DNA of 64,000 bases. Source: Eledone cirrhosa. Lineage: Eukaryota. The position numbers and the translations under genes are program-made. This document shows positions 1-12,117 of this stretch, in pieces. Each line of letters starts with the position of its first letter. Within the stretch, counting starts at the first letter, position 1. The DNA lies in contig OZ024746.1 in the NCBI GenBank assembly GCA_964016885.1, positions 39,308,001 through 39,372,000 of the forward strand. The letters are read 5' to 3'. The notes beneath the pieces are model-generated. The model was given only the letters and a program-made list of their open reading frames with translations. It had not been told where the DNA came from and made no database searches.

Positions 1-861
1 ATTTCATAGTCATGTAGCTCTATCTGGTCAATACTGTCTGTTATTAAGTAACAAATTAACCATATATATAGAACTTGTCATACAGACAAGCAATCATTAT
101 TACATAACAATTAGTTTATATTGTTTCATAGCCCTATATTACAACACCAACTACGTTGTTTAGTATAGCTGTATAGTTGATATCCTTATAGCAACCAAAA
201 TGGTAGCCAGGCAGATGTCAAAATCAGAAGGCAAAATTAATGGCAATTGCAGAAGGTAAATCAATGCAATGCCACCAGGAAACATTTTTAGTCAACTGGG
301 GAGAAGATAATTACCAACCTCTATATTTCCCTGTTTAATTTGATTTGCTCTGGTTAGCTGCTGATGTCTTATTGATTATTAATTTCACGTTCTTTAAATA
401 ATGTGCAGGATAATTAGTAGAAAAATGACTGCCTATGAGACCAAATAAAAAGGAACAGTCATAATTTATTTAAATGATATTTTCATACCATGAATCTGTT
501 GGATAGATGCAATGTTACTATATTTTAGACAATGGATACTGCTGTTCAGATGCAGCATGTTAGTACATGTTAAAAAGCATTTCCCAACAGAGACATCAAC
601 AGCAAACAAAGGTGCAGGCCTGAATCTAATTTGAATGGATACTTTATATGTTGTTGCACACTCCTGCATTCTTTGTTTTTTCAAAGTCCAACAATAATGT
701 ACTTTATTAACAAATGTAGAATTTACAAGAGGCACATGGAAACCACTGCCACCTGTCTTATAATGGGACCTGGCTTGCATCTTTTTACTTACATTTATGG
801 TACACATACCTATTTCTTATCACCAGTATCATATTTTTCTCTCTAAACATTGAACCAAATA

Positions 862-1194
862 CAGTGTGCCTCGGCATTCGCGGTCTCGGTTATTCACGGA
901 ATTTTCCTAAGAACCTAACTAATAATTGTTTGTGGAAACCACTGCATATTTGCAAAATCATAAATATCTTCTGCAATTTTTTAATGGCTTTTTTCATGGC
1001 CATATATATTTTTTTCACGCTTTTTAATGCTAAATTATTAATAACAATATACTGTATTTGCCAGCCTATATTATATGTTATGTTTTGACATTCACAGGAA
1101 ATTTTGTGGACCACATCCAATAATCATGTTTTTTCACTTCACTCCTCGCAGATTATCTAGGAACGTAACCCCCACGGATACTGGGGGATAACTA
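862..1194 (-). mobile_element. Tigger/pogo-like (MER2-like) non-autonomous DNA transposon
   Basis: Degenerate TIRs CAGTGTGCCTCGGCATTCGCGG ... CCACGGATACTGGGGGATAACT, flanked by TA. The minus-strand start resembles Tigger-type ends (CAGTATCCGTGGGGGTTACGTTCC). Confidence 0.65.
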
Positions 1195-1725
1195 TATTAC
1201 ATACCATTCAAGGGAAACAACTCATAAAAATTATTAGAATGCTAAAGGTTAACATCCACTCTCCCTGCTAGCAAGAGATGGACAGGTCTTCAGAGACAAT
1301 GTCAGTACTGAAGCAAGGCTAGATTCATACAATCCTTGCTAGCGGGGAAGGGGGAGGGGGGGGCGGATATTATATGATGATTATATATGTGTGTGTGAAT
1401 GAAGAAACAACCATAAAACACAATGATGATAATATAAAATATGATAAGAGACAACACAAATCAACTTGATATAAGAGAGTGAGAGAATGAGAAGAAACGA
1501 GAAAAACTTAAGGGCTGTTTATGATCAAACCACGATAAAACATCAAGTATAAGATAAACTATGAAAGATAGTAAAAATAAGTAAAGAAGAAAAGAAATCC
1601 AATTGGGAACGTATTCATTTCAGGTAAACTAAAACATTGATTTAAGGTGGAAGTAGGTTATGGCAAGTATGTTAAGTGACTCCAGTTAAATCACTCTAAT
1701 ATGACATGATTTGAATACATGCTTT

Positions 1726-1751
1726 TATATATATATATATATATATATATG

Positions 1752-1820
<69 letters not shown>
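1726..1820. repeat. Compound (TA)n-(CA)n microsatellite
   Basis: Directly visible. Confidence 0.98.
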
Positions 1821-1824
<4 letters not shown>

Positions 1825-1897
1825 GTGTCCCCCAAAAATGTATACAAACTTCAATAGCATTTTCATGAATATGTGTATACATTTTGGGGGACACCTG
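1821..1897. mobile_element. Minimal 77-bp Tc1/mariner-type MITE
   Basis: About 26-bp TIRs CAGGGTGTCCCCCAAAAATGTATACA ... TGTATACATTTTGGGGGACACCTG, followed by TA. Confidence 0.8.
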
Positions 1898-2062
1898 TAT
1901 ATATATAAACTGCTGATATAAAGACAACTCAAGTCTCAAATTAAATGACAATATTTATTTTTGTTGTTAGGTATTTGATCAAAAATTGTTTTGATGTTTG
2001 CTTGATCAAATAAAAACTAAATGAAAGGCAATGGGCGAGTGAGATAGAAAAACACTTGGGCA

Positions 2063-2277
2063 TTAACTATTTTGATACCAAACCACAGTAAACTGCCCTT
2101 GGCTCTATGAAGTGTTTATATTTATCTAAAAACCTTCCATCATAATTTTATGTAAGAATCTTTATGTTTCAAACACCAACTTAATAATGAGAAAGTTAGT
2201 TATATTACTGAATTTCAAAATTATTTGAAACACATAGGCAATGTCTTCCATTAGAAATATAATAACTGAAGGGTTAA
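2063..2277 (+). mobile_element. TTAA-flanked (piggyBac-like) MITE, family B; other copies ~39705-39945, ~42305-42541, ~43770-43990 (+) and ~53545-53779 (-)
   Basis: TTAA...TTTGATACCAAAC start and ...ATTAGAAATAT...GAAGGGTTAA end. The internal sequence (AACCTTCCATCATAATTTTATGTA, CAAACACCAACTTAATAATGAGAAAG) recurs at the listed sites. Confidence 0.65.
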
Positions 2278-2374
2278 AAAGCACCTGCTGGTGTGTGCTG
2301 CGTATGTAGCTACCCTGATATGGATAGAAGTTTAATGAAAATGAGCAAAAACCTGCTGGATGGAAAAATTGAAA

Positions 2375-2480
2375 TAATTGTTTCTACTTTTGGCACAAGG
2401 CCACCAATTATTCCAGTGCATTACTGGTACTTTATTTTATCGACCAGTAAAGATGAAAGGCAAAGTTAACCTTGGTAGGG
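2375..2480 (-). mobile_element. tRNA-derived SINE (major family), 5'-truncated
   Basis: Family core ACTGGTACTTTATTTTATCGAC...GATGAAAGGCAAAGTTAACCT and tail AATTGTTTCTACTTT.GGCACAAGGCC. Confidence 0.85.
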
Positions 2481-4439
2481 AAAAATTGAAATAATGAAGT
2501 GTGTTGATGATAGAAGATGAAGAAAGATATAAGAAGAGATGCTGAGGTAAGATATGAGAATGTTAGTCCTCACAATCAGGGTCATTGGATTGTGAATACA
2601 GATAAATATGATCATAATGTAATAAAAAAGAAGATATTTAAATTATCTCCATGAGTTTTCAAAATATTGTATTGTCTTTTCCTTTCAAAGTTTCTTTTAA
2701 CTCTTAACGTCCTCTACCACATACAACCACATTAGCAAGTCATTCTTAAAAAGCACTATGAATGCATCACATTAAAATTAAAGCTTTTACCCTAATGCTG
2801 AAAATTTTCACAAAAATCTGTTCAATAACAATGATGCTATAAATATTTGAATTGATAGATATTTTCTACTAAATAAGATGTTCAACGGGAAATAAAGAAA
2901 ATAACTGTATCAGGAGTGGTATACAATTAATTCACAATCCAAGATCTAATTTAATTATCTTTCGCTTACTGGTTTCTCTATAATTCCAATATTCCAGTTA
3001 AAGATAACTAAAAACAATATTTCTACTGAGTAACACCAACACTGTTAGACTATGTGGATATCTGACAGATTAATTTAACACTTCCCCTGTGGCCAGAACT
3101 GGGAAATAAGCATCAATAATAGGTGAGGTGGAGTCAACTGGTTGTTATACCTTTGAGAGAAAGGTTGGAGAGAGAGGGGCAGATGTGGAATAGTCAATAG
3201 AAATTATTTTTGCTAGATCAAGCTGACAGAAATGAAAACAAATTCTGAAAATCCATTATACAAAGATTAATTAAGATTGATTATTTCCATAATTCTGGAA
3301 TATGATTGTTCACCGTGTTAGACAGGTTTTACATGATACTACTACTACTATCAATTCTCTTGTTAACTCAGAGGATCTTAACTTAGTTCTGTAAGTTTAG
3401 CTAAGCATATGTAAATTATATTTAGCCTCCACATCTTACAGAGTGATGAGCTATATGAACTCACAGAATCTATTTACAGATAGAGGGCTCAAAGATAACA
3501 AAAATTAAGCATCTTTGTTAAGGACAGAGTATTATTAGTAACACTTCAGTTGCTAGGCTTCGATTGTAAAACCTCCAGTAGAAAGAAAGCCTTTGATGAG
3601 GATTAAGTAAAGATAATAGAAAATGTTCTTTCATAATATAATCACACAGACAGTTGCATATTTCAACTGATGCAAAGCAATTATTGTACATATATATCAA
3701 ACTCAAGATATTCAGAACAGTTTCAGATTGTACAAATGATCAAGTAGACGCAATAACCACACTTGATAGTTATAACCAGACAAGTTAGTTAGGTTCTAGA
3801 GAGAGGATCTACCTTACATGTTGATATAAACTAATTAAGTTACAAAATTACAACTTTGGGCCATTTGATGAATTCTTATACTGATAAAAATCAATAAAGT
3901 TGGCTAGACATGAAGAAATAAAAGAAAAAAAAAAGACTTTTTTTTTCTTCATATTACTAAAAGCGTTAATCTAGAGAGTAAAAAAGCAAATCTTTCAGAC
4001 GATATCTAGAGAAGAGAAGTGAGCATTGAAATATCTAAGCTGACTGATTACACTTCATTGTAAATGTAACTAATTGAAATGATGATATGGTTGTGATTAT
4101 CTCCAAGTTATTAAGTCAATGTATGGGTTATGTAATCTCTTCAACAATACATAGCATTAGAGTGAAGAAAGTAGTAGGACGAGATAAGGGGACTCGGTAT
4201 ATTTTGGTTTATTAAAAGGACACAATTTCAAGTATGTAGTTTCTACAACTAAAGCTGAATAAATGATGAAAGATCAAGTTTTTCAACAAAACTGATGTGT
4301 GTAAAGAACTGTATATTAGTTACTAAAGCTTTCCTAGTAAATGAGTCACACCGTGCAAAATCTTTTTATTGAGAATTGTCATCAAATAAATCAAACTAAC
4401 GTGGTTAAATTATGTGAAAGATCATTGGTAAGTTTGATA

Positions 4440-4489
4440 GGTATAGTTTTGTGGTGACTACAGTGGTATAGTTTTGTGGTGACTACAGT
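4440..4489. repeat. Perfect 25-bp tandem duplication
   Basis: GGTATAGTTTTGTGGTGACTACAGT twice. Confidence 0.97.
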
Positions 4490-5634
4490 AAGTCCCCACC
4501 TTACAAACTTCCAAAAGAAGAAAAAAAATGTTTTGTTGTTTTCATTTTCATGGGCTCTTTCAGGCCCTGGGTTCCTTCTTTTACAGCATAAAAACAAGCT
4601 GAAATTGTACCTGCAGTATGGGATACCATTCTGCTTTCAAGTTATGTTTACTTCTATATATTGTATATATATATATATATATCACTCATATGGAAACCTG
4701 CAGTATCAGTATAACATGTGGGCTTACTGGTACATACTGTGTTAGTTGATTTGTTTGTAAGTTGATCGTCTAACGAACAGCCTCTTGGAACATAACTCAT
4801 TCATTAGTTGGGGGAGCTTATTAAATTTCATACACAGAATTACAAATCCAACTAGATATTGCTGGAATTCTTCTGAAAGTAAAAATAATTTTATCTTTTT
4901 TGTATATCTGCTTTGTAAGGAATCTAGTCAAGTCTGGAATCTCCCCATAGATGTTGCAGTTAAAGTACTCAAAGATTGATCAAGTGAAAATATTAGTTAC
5001 CATAATCTTTCATAATTTAAAGTAAACTGTTCGCCATGGAAATGCTTTTAAAATTTAATCTTTCTGTAAAGGAACTTGTAATATTTTCTTCTCTAGCTTG
5101 TATAAATAATTACAAGTTTGGAATCCTGATCAGATTCCAGCCTAAGTTTAAAACACTTAAAATATATATATATATTTTTTTTTTAATGGTTGAGAATAAT
5201 TTTGAAGAAAAAATAAGTTATACTGTTTATCAAGCTTTTTTCTTTCTTTTTTTTTTTTTAACTGCAGTACTAAGCATTCCTCCTCTTTCTGCAAACTTGT
5301 TAAAATATCTACACTTAGCTCTTGACTTCAACTTCTAGTATTTAAGTGTGAGCAAAAAGATAATCCTTTAAATATGATTATAAAATTTCCCAGGTTTTTT
5401 AGATAGGTCAAGGAAAGTGAATGGTAGAATTGCAAGTGTTGGATCAAATCTCTTGCAACGTTTAGTTACAGCCTTTTATATTCAGTTCAAATCCAGATAG
5501 TCAACTCCAGAAGAATGAAAGACAAGGTTGACTTACAAAAGACCATGTATATTGCAGTATTGAAACATGCTGAAATCAAGGTAATTATGAAGGTGGATCT
5601 CTCTCTCTCCCTCTGCACATGTGTGTAAGTGTTG

Positions 5635-5976
5635 AGAGGACTCTTCAATCATGGCACGACAACCTCACTAGGACCAATGTAACAAAAATTTCACCAAGTA
5701 CACCCTGTAAAGCAGTTGGTGATAGGAAGGGCATATAGTCATATACACTTACCAAACATAGCGTCGAGTGGACTCTTCATTTGTGTCTAAGGCATGACAA
5801 CATCCTTAATGTTAGTGCCAGGATAGAAACGTACACAATGCACTCTGTAAAGTGGGTGATGATAGTCAGGGCATCCCATCACAAAACTTGCAAAACAAAG
5901 GGTCATGAGGCCTCTTCAGTTGTCTCTAAGACATGACAACCTTCCTAGTTCTGGCACCATGATGAAATACACCCAG
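5635..5976 (+). repeat. Modular interspersed repeat, ~2.5 tandem units of ~135-145 bp
   Basis: Recurring GGACTCTTCA..., GGCATGACAAC..., CTGTAAAGTGG.TG.TGATAG..AGGGCAT. Related copies at ~35310-35530, ~49000-49340 and (-) 58845-59078. Confidence 0.75.
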
Positions 5977-6075
5977 TTTCTTAATCGAAATGGTCATAAA
6001 AGTAAATGGTTTTAATTGAGTAACAACTTTGGTTATTCCTTCTAAATTGTGTGTGTGTATATATATATATATATA

Positions 6076-6406
6076 TCATCATTTCATTTTACGTCCGCTT
6101 TTCCCTGCTTGCAAGGGTGGGACGGGAACCGATTCTGGCTTGATTTCTACAGCTGGATGCTCTTCCTAACACCAACCTCATTTACAGCGAGTGGTGGGTG
6201 CTTTTTTGCCGTGGCACCTCCACGATCACTTTGCAGTGGAATGATAAGGACCCCAGTCCCTATCATCTCATTTCTAGAGCTGAGTAAACTGGAGCAATGT
6301 GAAATAAAGTGTCTTGCTCAAGGAAACAACACATCACCCGATCTGAGAATTGAACTCACAACCTTTCGATTGCAAGCCCAATGCTCTAACCACTAAGCCA
6401 TGTGCC
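6076..6406 (-). mobile_element. tRNA-headed CORE-like SINE with RTE-type 3' tail
   Basis: Minus strand: GGCACATGGCTTAGTGGTTAGAGC (A box) ... GAGTTCAATTCTC (B box), then CCTTGAGCAAGACACTT (CORE-like), ending CCCTTGCAAGCAGGGAAAAGCGGACGTAAAATGAAATGATGA. Close second copy at 57494-57829. Confidence 0.85.
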
Positions 6407-6939
6407 ACAGACACACACACACACACAAACAAAATAATGTCTATGGTTTATGTGGTGTATTTGTTAAGAAAGTGACTTTATGATTCTGTAGAAACTGAAA
6501 TGCTAGGAGAGCCACTTTAGTAGTATTCAATTTTTATTTGTTCCATAAAATATCACATAACTGTGTCCAGATTACTGATCTTAAATCGACTGCATTTATA
6601 TAAATCATAGCTAGTAATATAAATCTGCTATTGGTGTTACTTGATAAAAAAGAAACTGCTTTCAATTGGCAAGGATATACATTACTCGCTAGAAATGAAA
6701 AATATGGTCCTCACAGATGAAATACTAACAGACTTCAAACTTAACTAACCCTTGCTAGCATAGAAAAACAAACTGGTGGATGCTGTAACAATAATGGTAG
6801 ATTCAACCACCATTTATCAGATTTTCTGATTAATACAAAGCTTATTTTGTATTGCTATTATTACCACTGCCACTAGTAACAGAGAAAAGACAGAATAGCT
6901 GAATGTTAAACATCATACACACACACATACATATATTTA

Positions 6940-6990
<51 letters not shown>

Positions 6991-7614
6991 GTATGTGTGT
7001 GAGGGAGAGAGAGGAGGAGAGAAAGATATATATATATAGAGGGGGGGGGCAGCTGGGTAAACAGAAGGAGAGCAGGAGGAGTGAGAAGTAAAAGGAACAA
7101 GATACCTTATAGCAGGTTAGGAGTCTAAGAAAAGAAACTGATTAGATAGCTGTGGAAGTAAACCATTCTTGGTAAGATAACAGATATCTTGGAAGCTACT
7201 ATCCACAGAGTTCGCATTGCCCAGCAATTTCACTATTGGCATAATGGACCAAGATGGTATTTATATTCATACATACATTGTGTATCTGTGACTATAAGGC
7301 TGCTCTTATGAACACAGACAGTCTAACTTACAAAATTAATGAAATACATATAGAAAAAGTTTAAAAGTTGCTAGAATTAGATAAATTACTGAGCGAAGGT
7401 GATTAAACAAAAATATAGATTCCTTTTGGAAGTTTCAGAAGACTTTAATGAGACAAAATAAAAAGAAATTGGGATATGAAATGTAGAACAATTTTACTTA
7501 TGAGAGAGGGTGGTAGATTGTCATGAATGGTAGAACAGAAGACTAAAATAACTCTAACAGATGACAGTAACAACAAGCAAGACATTTCTCCTGCTAGAGG
7601 AGGGAACTAGCCTT

Positions 7615-7760
7615 GAGGAGGGTGGGTAATAAGCTTTTCCATTTTGCCCTATCCTCTACATTCTCTTCAGTTCCATGTTCATCATGCATGTCTTGCTCCC
7701 ATATATCATGGCATATCTCCCACATGCAGCATACAACTTTCCTTTCAGTTTCACTAAATG
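7615..7760 (-). mobile_element. Decayed RTE-type LINE ORF C-terminal fragment
   Basis: Minus-strand translation ...EENVEDRAKWKSLL resembles the RTE terminal DRxxW motif. Confidence 0.45.
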
Positions 7761-7786
7761 ATAAGCTAAGGTAAATAATAAGAATA

Positions 7787-8450
7787 TATGGTGTATTCAA
7801 TAAGTAGTGAAAAAATATATGAAAACATTTCTTTAATTAAGAAACCAAAACACACAGCTATAATAAACTCATATAGGTATTATTTTTCAATATATGAACC
7901 ATTTTGATTGATGCATTTTTCAGACATACCGGTTCATCAAACACACTTTTGAATAAATTGGGAGCCTGTTTGCGAAGGAAATCAGTGATTTGAGATCATA
8001 CTTGTCAGTAAAAATGTTTACCTCACAAAATCTTCTTCAGATATCTAAAGAGACAATAGTCACTAGGAGCCAAATCAAGGCTGTAAGGAAGATGTTCGAT
8101 CAACTTCAAATAATACAGCAAATTCTTGATACTGACTTGAACACGTTGGAGAATTGGTGTATTATCTTGCAGAAACTAAATTGAAACATTTCTCTTCTTC
8201 CTCCATGCTTTACTGTATTCTTCAACTCGGTCACAGGAATAATTAGAATTTAGTGAGACACCTCTATCAGCAAAATCAATTGACACAATGCCCTAGTACT
8301 CCCAGAAAATAGTGAGCATCCATGTACATTGATGACTTGTCCTACTACTCAATTGTTTTGATGCAATTTCACTTGAAAATGTCCATCCTTTATTTAGAAG
8401 AGGAATCTCATCAATGGTGACAATATTTTCAATAAATTTTGAACCAATAG
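7787..8450 (-). pseudogene. Mariner (DD34D) transposase relic with 3' TIR remnant
   Basis: Minus-strand motifs ENIVTIDE (~8430-8407), MLTIFWEY*GIVSIDF (~8320-8270) and FLQDNTP...IEHLPYSLDLAPSDYCLFRYLK, with exactly 34 codons between the D at 8166 and the D at 8061. Confidence 0.9.
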
Positions 8451-8619
8451 GAGAAATCTAATCACACTGCGATATTCCAGGTCTTGTACCATTATTTTAA
8501 ATCACACACTATAGAAATTGTAAACAAAAGTGATGAATTAAAACAAAAATGTCTTTTTTACCTATAAGATCTTAAGGAATATTTTTCATACATTTTCTCA
8601 CTATTTATTGAATGTAGTA

Positions 8620-8940
8620 ATATCAACCCCAGTACTTGACTGGTACTTTATTTATTGACTCTGAAAGGATGAAAAGCAAAGTTGGCATCAATGGGATTTT
8701 AACTCAGAATATAAAGAGCTGGAACAAATATTGTAAGATATTTTGTCTGCTGCTTAAGCAAGTCTACCAATCTATTGCCCTAATTATAACAATAATAGTG
8801 TTTAATATAGGTACAAGGTTAGAAATTTGAGGGGAGAGAACAGTCAATTTAACTGGTACTTTATTGACCCCGAAAGGATGAAAAGAAAAGTCAACCTTAG
8901 CAGGATTTGAACTCAGAAATAAATAGCCAAAACTAAATAT
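8620..8940 (-). mobile_element. Two adjacent diverged copies of the major SINE
   Basis: Two ACTGGTACTTTA...AAAGGATGAAAAG.AAAGT...GGATTT.AACTCAGAA blocks. Confidence 0.8.
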
Positions 8941-9056
8941 TTCAAGTCTAAATTCTGTTGAGAGTGACTTTTCAACGCTTCCAAATCAATGAAACAAGCC
9001 TGAGATATATGGTGGAATTAATCCAAATGACACTCCTTCCATACAAACTAATGAAA

Positions 9057-9170
9057 GGGTGTAGCCTAGTGGTTAAAGTGTTGGCTTTGTGATCAAGTTG
9101 TGAGTTTGATTCTTGGTCAGGGCAACACATCCTTGAGCACTGCTCCACTCCACTCAGCTCAGCTAAAAAG
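9057..9170 (+). mobile_element. CORE-like SINE head fragment (similar at ~14535-14625 and ~43325-43530)
   Basis: TAGCCTAGTGGTTAAAGTG...GTGAGTTTGATTCTTGG...CCTTGAGCA...CCACTCAGCT. Confidence 0.65.
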
Positions 9171-11882
9171 AAAGTAGCAACTACCAGCAGTAGTTATCCA
9201 AGGTTACTCTTGTACTTTCAGCATCAATAAAACTAGCACATGCATTGGCTTGAGGCAGATTTTAACTAAACTAACAGAACTTTTGTACCAATGTAAATCA
9301 AAATATATATATTATAGAATTTGACATAAAATAATTTCACACACAACAGGTGTAGTATTGCATATTGTGAAATTGTCTTTTTCTATGGATGAAATATGCC
9401 TAGAATAAGTGTTGCTACCAAAGATGTTCAGACAATGCCAAAGTCTGTAGAGAAGAAGTACAATTGATTGAATTGACTAGTCTAACTATAAGAATTTATT
9501 AACCTACAAAGTGTTCTATTGTTTTTGAAATTTTTTTTTTTATTTCCTGACTACATTTATAATGAGTAGTTTACAGGATCTCTGGCATTATGCAGTAATA
9601 CAGAAGACCCATCTTCCCATGAGAACAGACTGATGCTGAAGCATGCATATATATTGTATGCACAATCCCCACTTCACCTTCCCATACATCTCCTATGAGG
9701 ATAGGCTGTAGCATACATCTATTGAAGCCTCCAGCCCACACTGTAAAGTGGTTGTGATGGTGACAACAAAAAGTGCCCAGCCCACACTGTAAATGTGGTT
9801 GACATTAAGAGGGTTAAAGGAATCCGTTATCCTTTCTAACACGCATCAAACAGAAACCTAAATTTACATGAAAATAGAATGCGAAAGTCTGCGAAAGACA
9901 TTAATGCCATCTCCAAAACTGATGGCTTGGTAATTACATCCTTATAATATATAGTCTCTCTTTAAAGACAGTAGGGGGAGTTTGTCAATAGATAGCTAAC
10001 AGCTAAATTGTACAGAAGCTACCTCATTCACTTGAGTTGTGTTGTTGTATGTCCAACTGACATTATAAACATTTAGACATACACATTTTTTATACCTTTT
10101 GTTTTGAAAACTAACAACTATAGCTTTCTCCATTTTCATGTAAAGAAGGAAAATAATTGGCTCAATTGATAAAACCTAATGGAATCAAATTGATTTCTAA
10201 ATATGTGTTTACAAACATTAAATATGTTCGAATACATACAGCACAGTAAATATCACTTGAGATTAAGATATCTTTAAATGGCTTCCAAGAAATTCTTTAG
10301 CTAGACTACTTTTTGTTTCAAAAATGTGTTACTACTACTACTACTACTACTACTAAATTCATCCACTTCTTTGTGGTGGTATGATAAAACCTTTCCATCT
10401 CATGCAATCCAACATTAACTACTTCAGTTCTTCGCTGGACAATGCTGTATCTTCATCAATGACTCTTTTTAATATTTTGAAAGGTAGTGTTAAATACCTA
10501 CAATTTTTACAGAGCCTGCTCGAGTGCCACAATATCATGAAATAAATCTAGTTATGAAATTTACAAGACAATTTTATGACAAATAGCTCCAAGGAAATAA
10601 TTATAGTTATAAATCCTCTCTACTGACAGATCTATAATATAAATTAAAATGTTTGCTAAGATTTCACTCTACATTGGCAACAGAACCCAACTGCAATGAT
10701 TGGTAAATCAGCCTCACTGTGAGGTTGTTTCTAATTTAAATCAAGAAAGGAACTAAAATCTAAAGAAGATAGAGTGAAACCATGATTATGTTTATAATTT
10801 CAAACATAAAACAGTCCATGTAAGCTAATAAGATTTTTTTTAGAACAATGAAAGACCAACAAATACAATTTGAGTATGTGTAAGTTTGGAAGTTGAATAA
10901 GTTTTCACAGCTGACTAGAAAAACACCAAGAGAATAAAATACAAAAAAAAAAAAAAATTTATAGAAAATCCTTGAGCGAATTACAATAACTAGTAGAAGA
11001 AAAGTGGGGGAATGCTCTACGAAACCGTTTTTCCATATACAAATAATCTTGATCTATTTAGTCACACATAAGTTGATTATGTGTTCCAGCCATGAGCATT
11101 CTATCATTCTAATGTGTCCTTATCAAATACGGTAGGATATGATTTGAGGGAATTTGGATAACTAACGTTTAAATTTGTTTAAAAGTTATGTCAGTGTGGA
11201 AAATAATCCTAAAACTGAAACGGCATGATGATTGCAATCAAAATACTCTGTGTGATAAGGAAAGGAAAAAAAAGTTACCAGATAAAGAAACAGATAAATA
11301 ATCTTAAGTCTAAGAGAACACAGACCAATTTAGTTTGTCTATTTACATTACCTACAAGCTTCAGCCCAGTAAACCAAGAATGTATGAACAATTTTTAAGT
11401 AGTGTCACTTCCCTTTCATTACTAATGTGCCTGAAAAAAGCATGGCCAAAACCTCAATGAAGTCTAACTAAATAAAAAAGGTAATAGAAAACTATTCTAA
11501 TGTATACTGTCCTCACAAGAAGACAAAATAAAGTAATGGGTGTGGTTTTTATTTAGATTTAGAAAGCTTCAGTAATTTACTATACAAGTAAAAATAGGCT
11601 GAGCAATTTACACACGATTCAAAAATTTTTTTTTCCTTTTGTGAATATAAAGAAATAAATATATTGTGCTATATGATATGACCTAATAAAATAATTTTTA
11701 ATTACAATTTAGGTAAGCTAAGTGAAATAACTAAATACAGGAATGATATTGTATGTTTGGTTAACATCCTATAGTAGCATTACTTAGATCTAGAGCTTTC
11801 TGAGGCTGGTCATATGTTTAATAGCTCTTTTAATCTACATAGGTGCTTTCATCTTTACAAAGTTCAAGGTAAACTCACCTAC

Positions 11883-12117
11883 CTTCGGCACCAATGGAAA
11901 CCAGCCTGACTCCTTTGCTGGCAATGTAGTCCAAGGCTTTGTTGACGTTGGCTATTTTGTGGAATCTCATCTTGCCTCTGTCTGGCTTCGGTAGTTGTTC
12001 ACCAGATATTACTTCCAAAAGCAACATAAGCTTTAATCCATTCCGAAAATCTTCTTCAATATCTTCTATTTGCGTTCCTGCTTTTCTTAGATGAGAATTA
12101 CACCAGGCAGTAAACGT
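11883..12117 (-). CDS. Actn: Internal coding exon of alpha-actinin (actin-binding CH1 domain), 235 nt, phase 0 in, phase 1 out
   Basis: Translates to [78 protein letters not shown]+G, near-identical to metazoan alpha-actinin CH1. Acceptor ttgttttgtttttttctgtgcag|ACG at 12118/12117; donor GAAG|gtaggt at 11883/11882. Confidence 0.97.

Larger units (their letters stand above)
1..11882 (-). other. Actn: Probable downstream intron of alpha-actinin (>11.8 kb)
   Basis: GT donor at 11882. The expected next exon (EIVDGN.KMTLGMIWTIILRF) was not found by eye. Confidence 0.65.

Noticed and set aside
466-807. 113-aa ORF with FRPAPLFAVDV, faintly like a hAT C-terminal motif
   Set aside because: Similarity too weak, with no other transposase motifs or termini.
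1261-1350. Short inverted repeat CCCTGCTAGCAAG ... CTTGCTAGCGGGG
   Set aside because: Only ~13 bp, explained by two oppositely oriented RTE-tail motifs.
6049-6396. Similar ORFs at 6049-6396 and 57577-57816 as a duplicated small gene
   Set aside because: Both are antisense translations of the same SINE family.
7141-7260. Possible next actinin exon (minus strand has CAAGATATC, QDI)
   Set aside because: No EIVDGN or MIWTIILRF around it; chance match.
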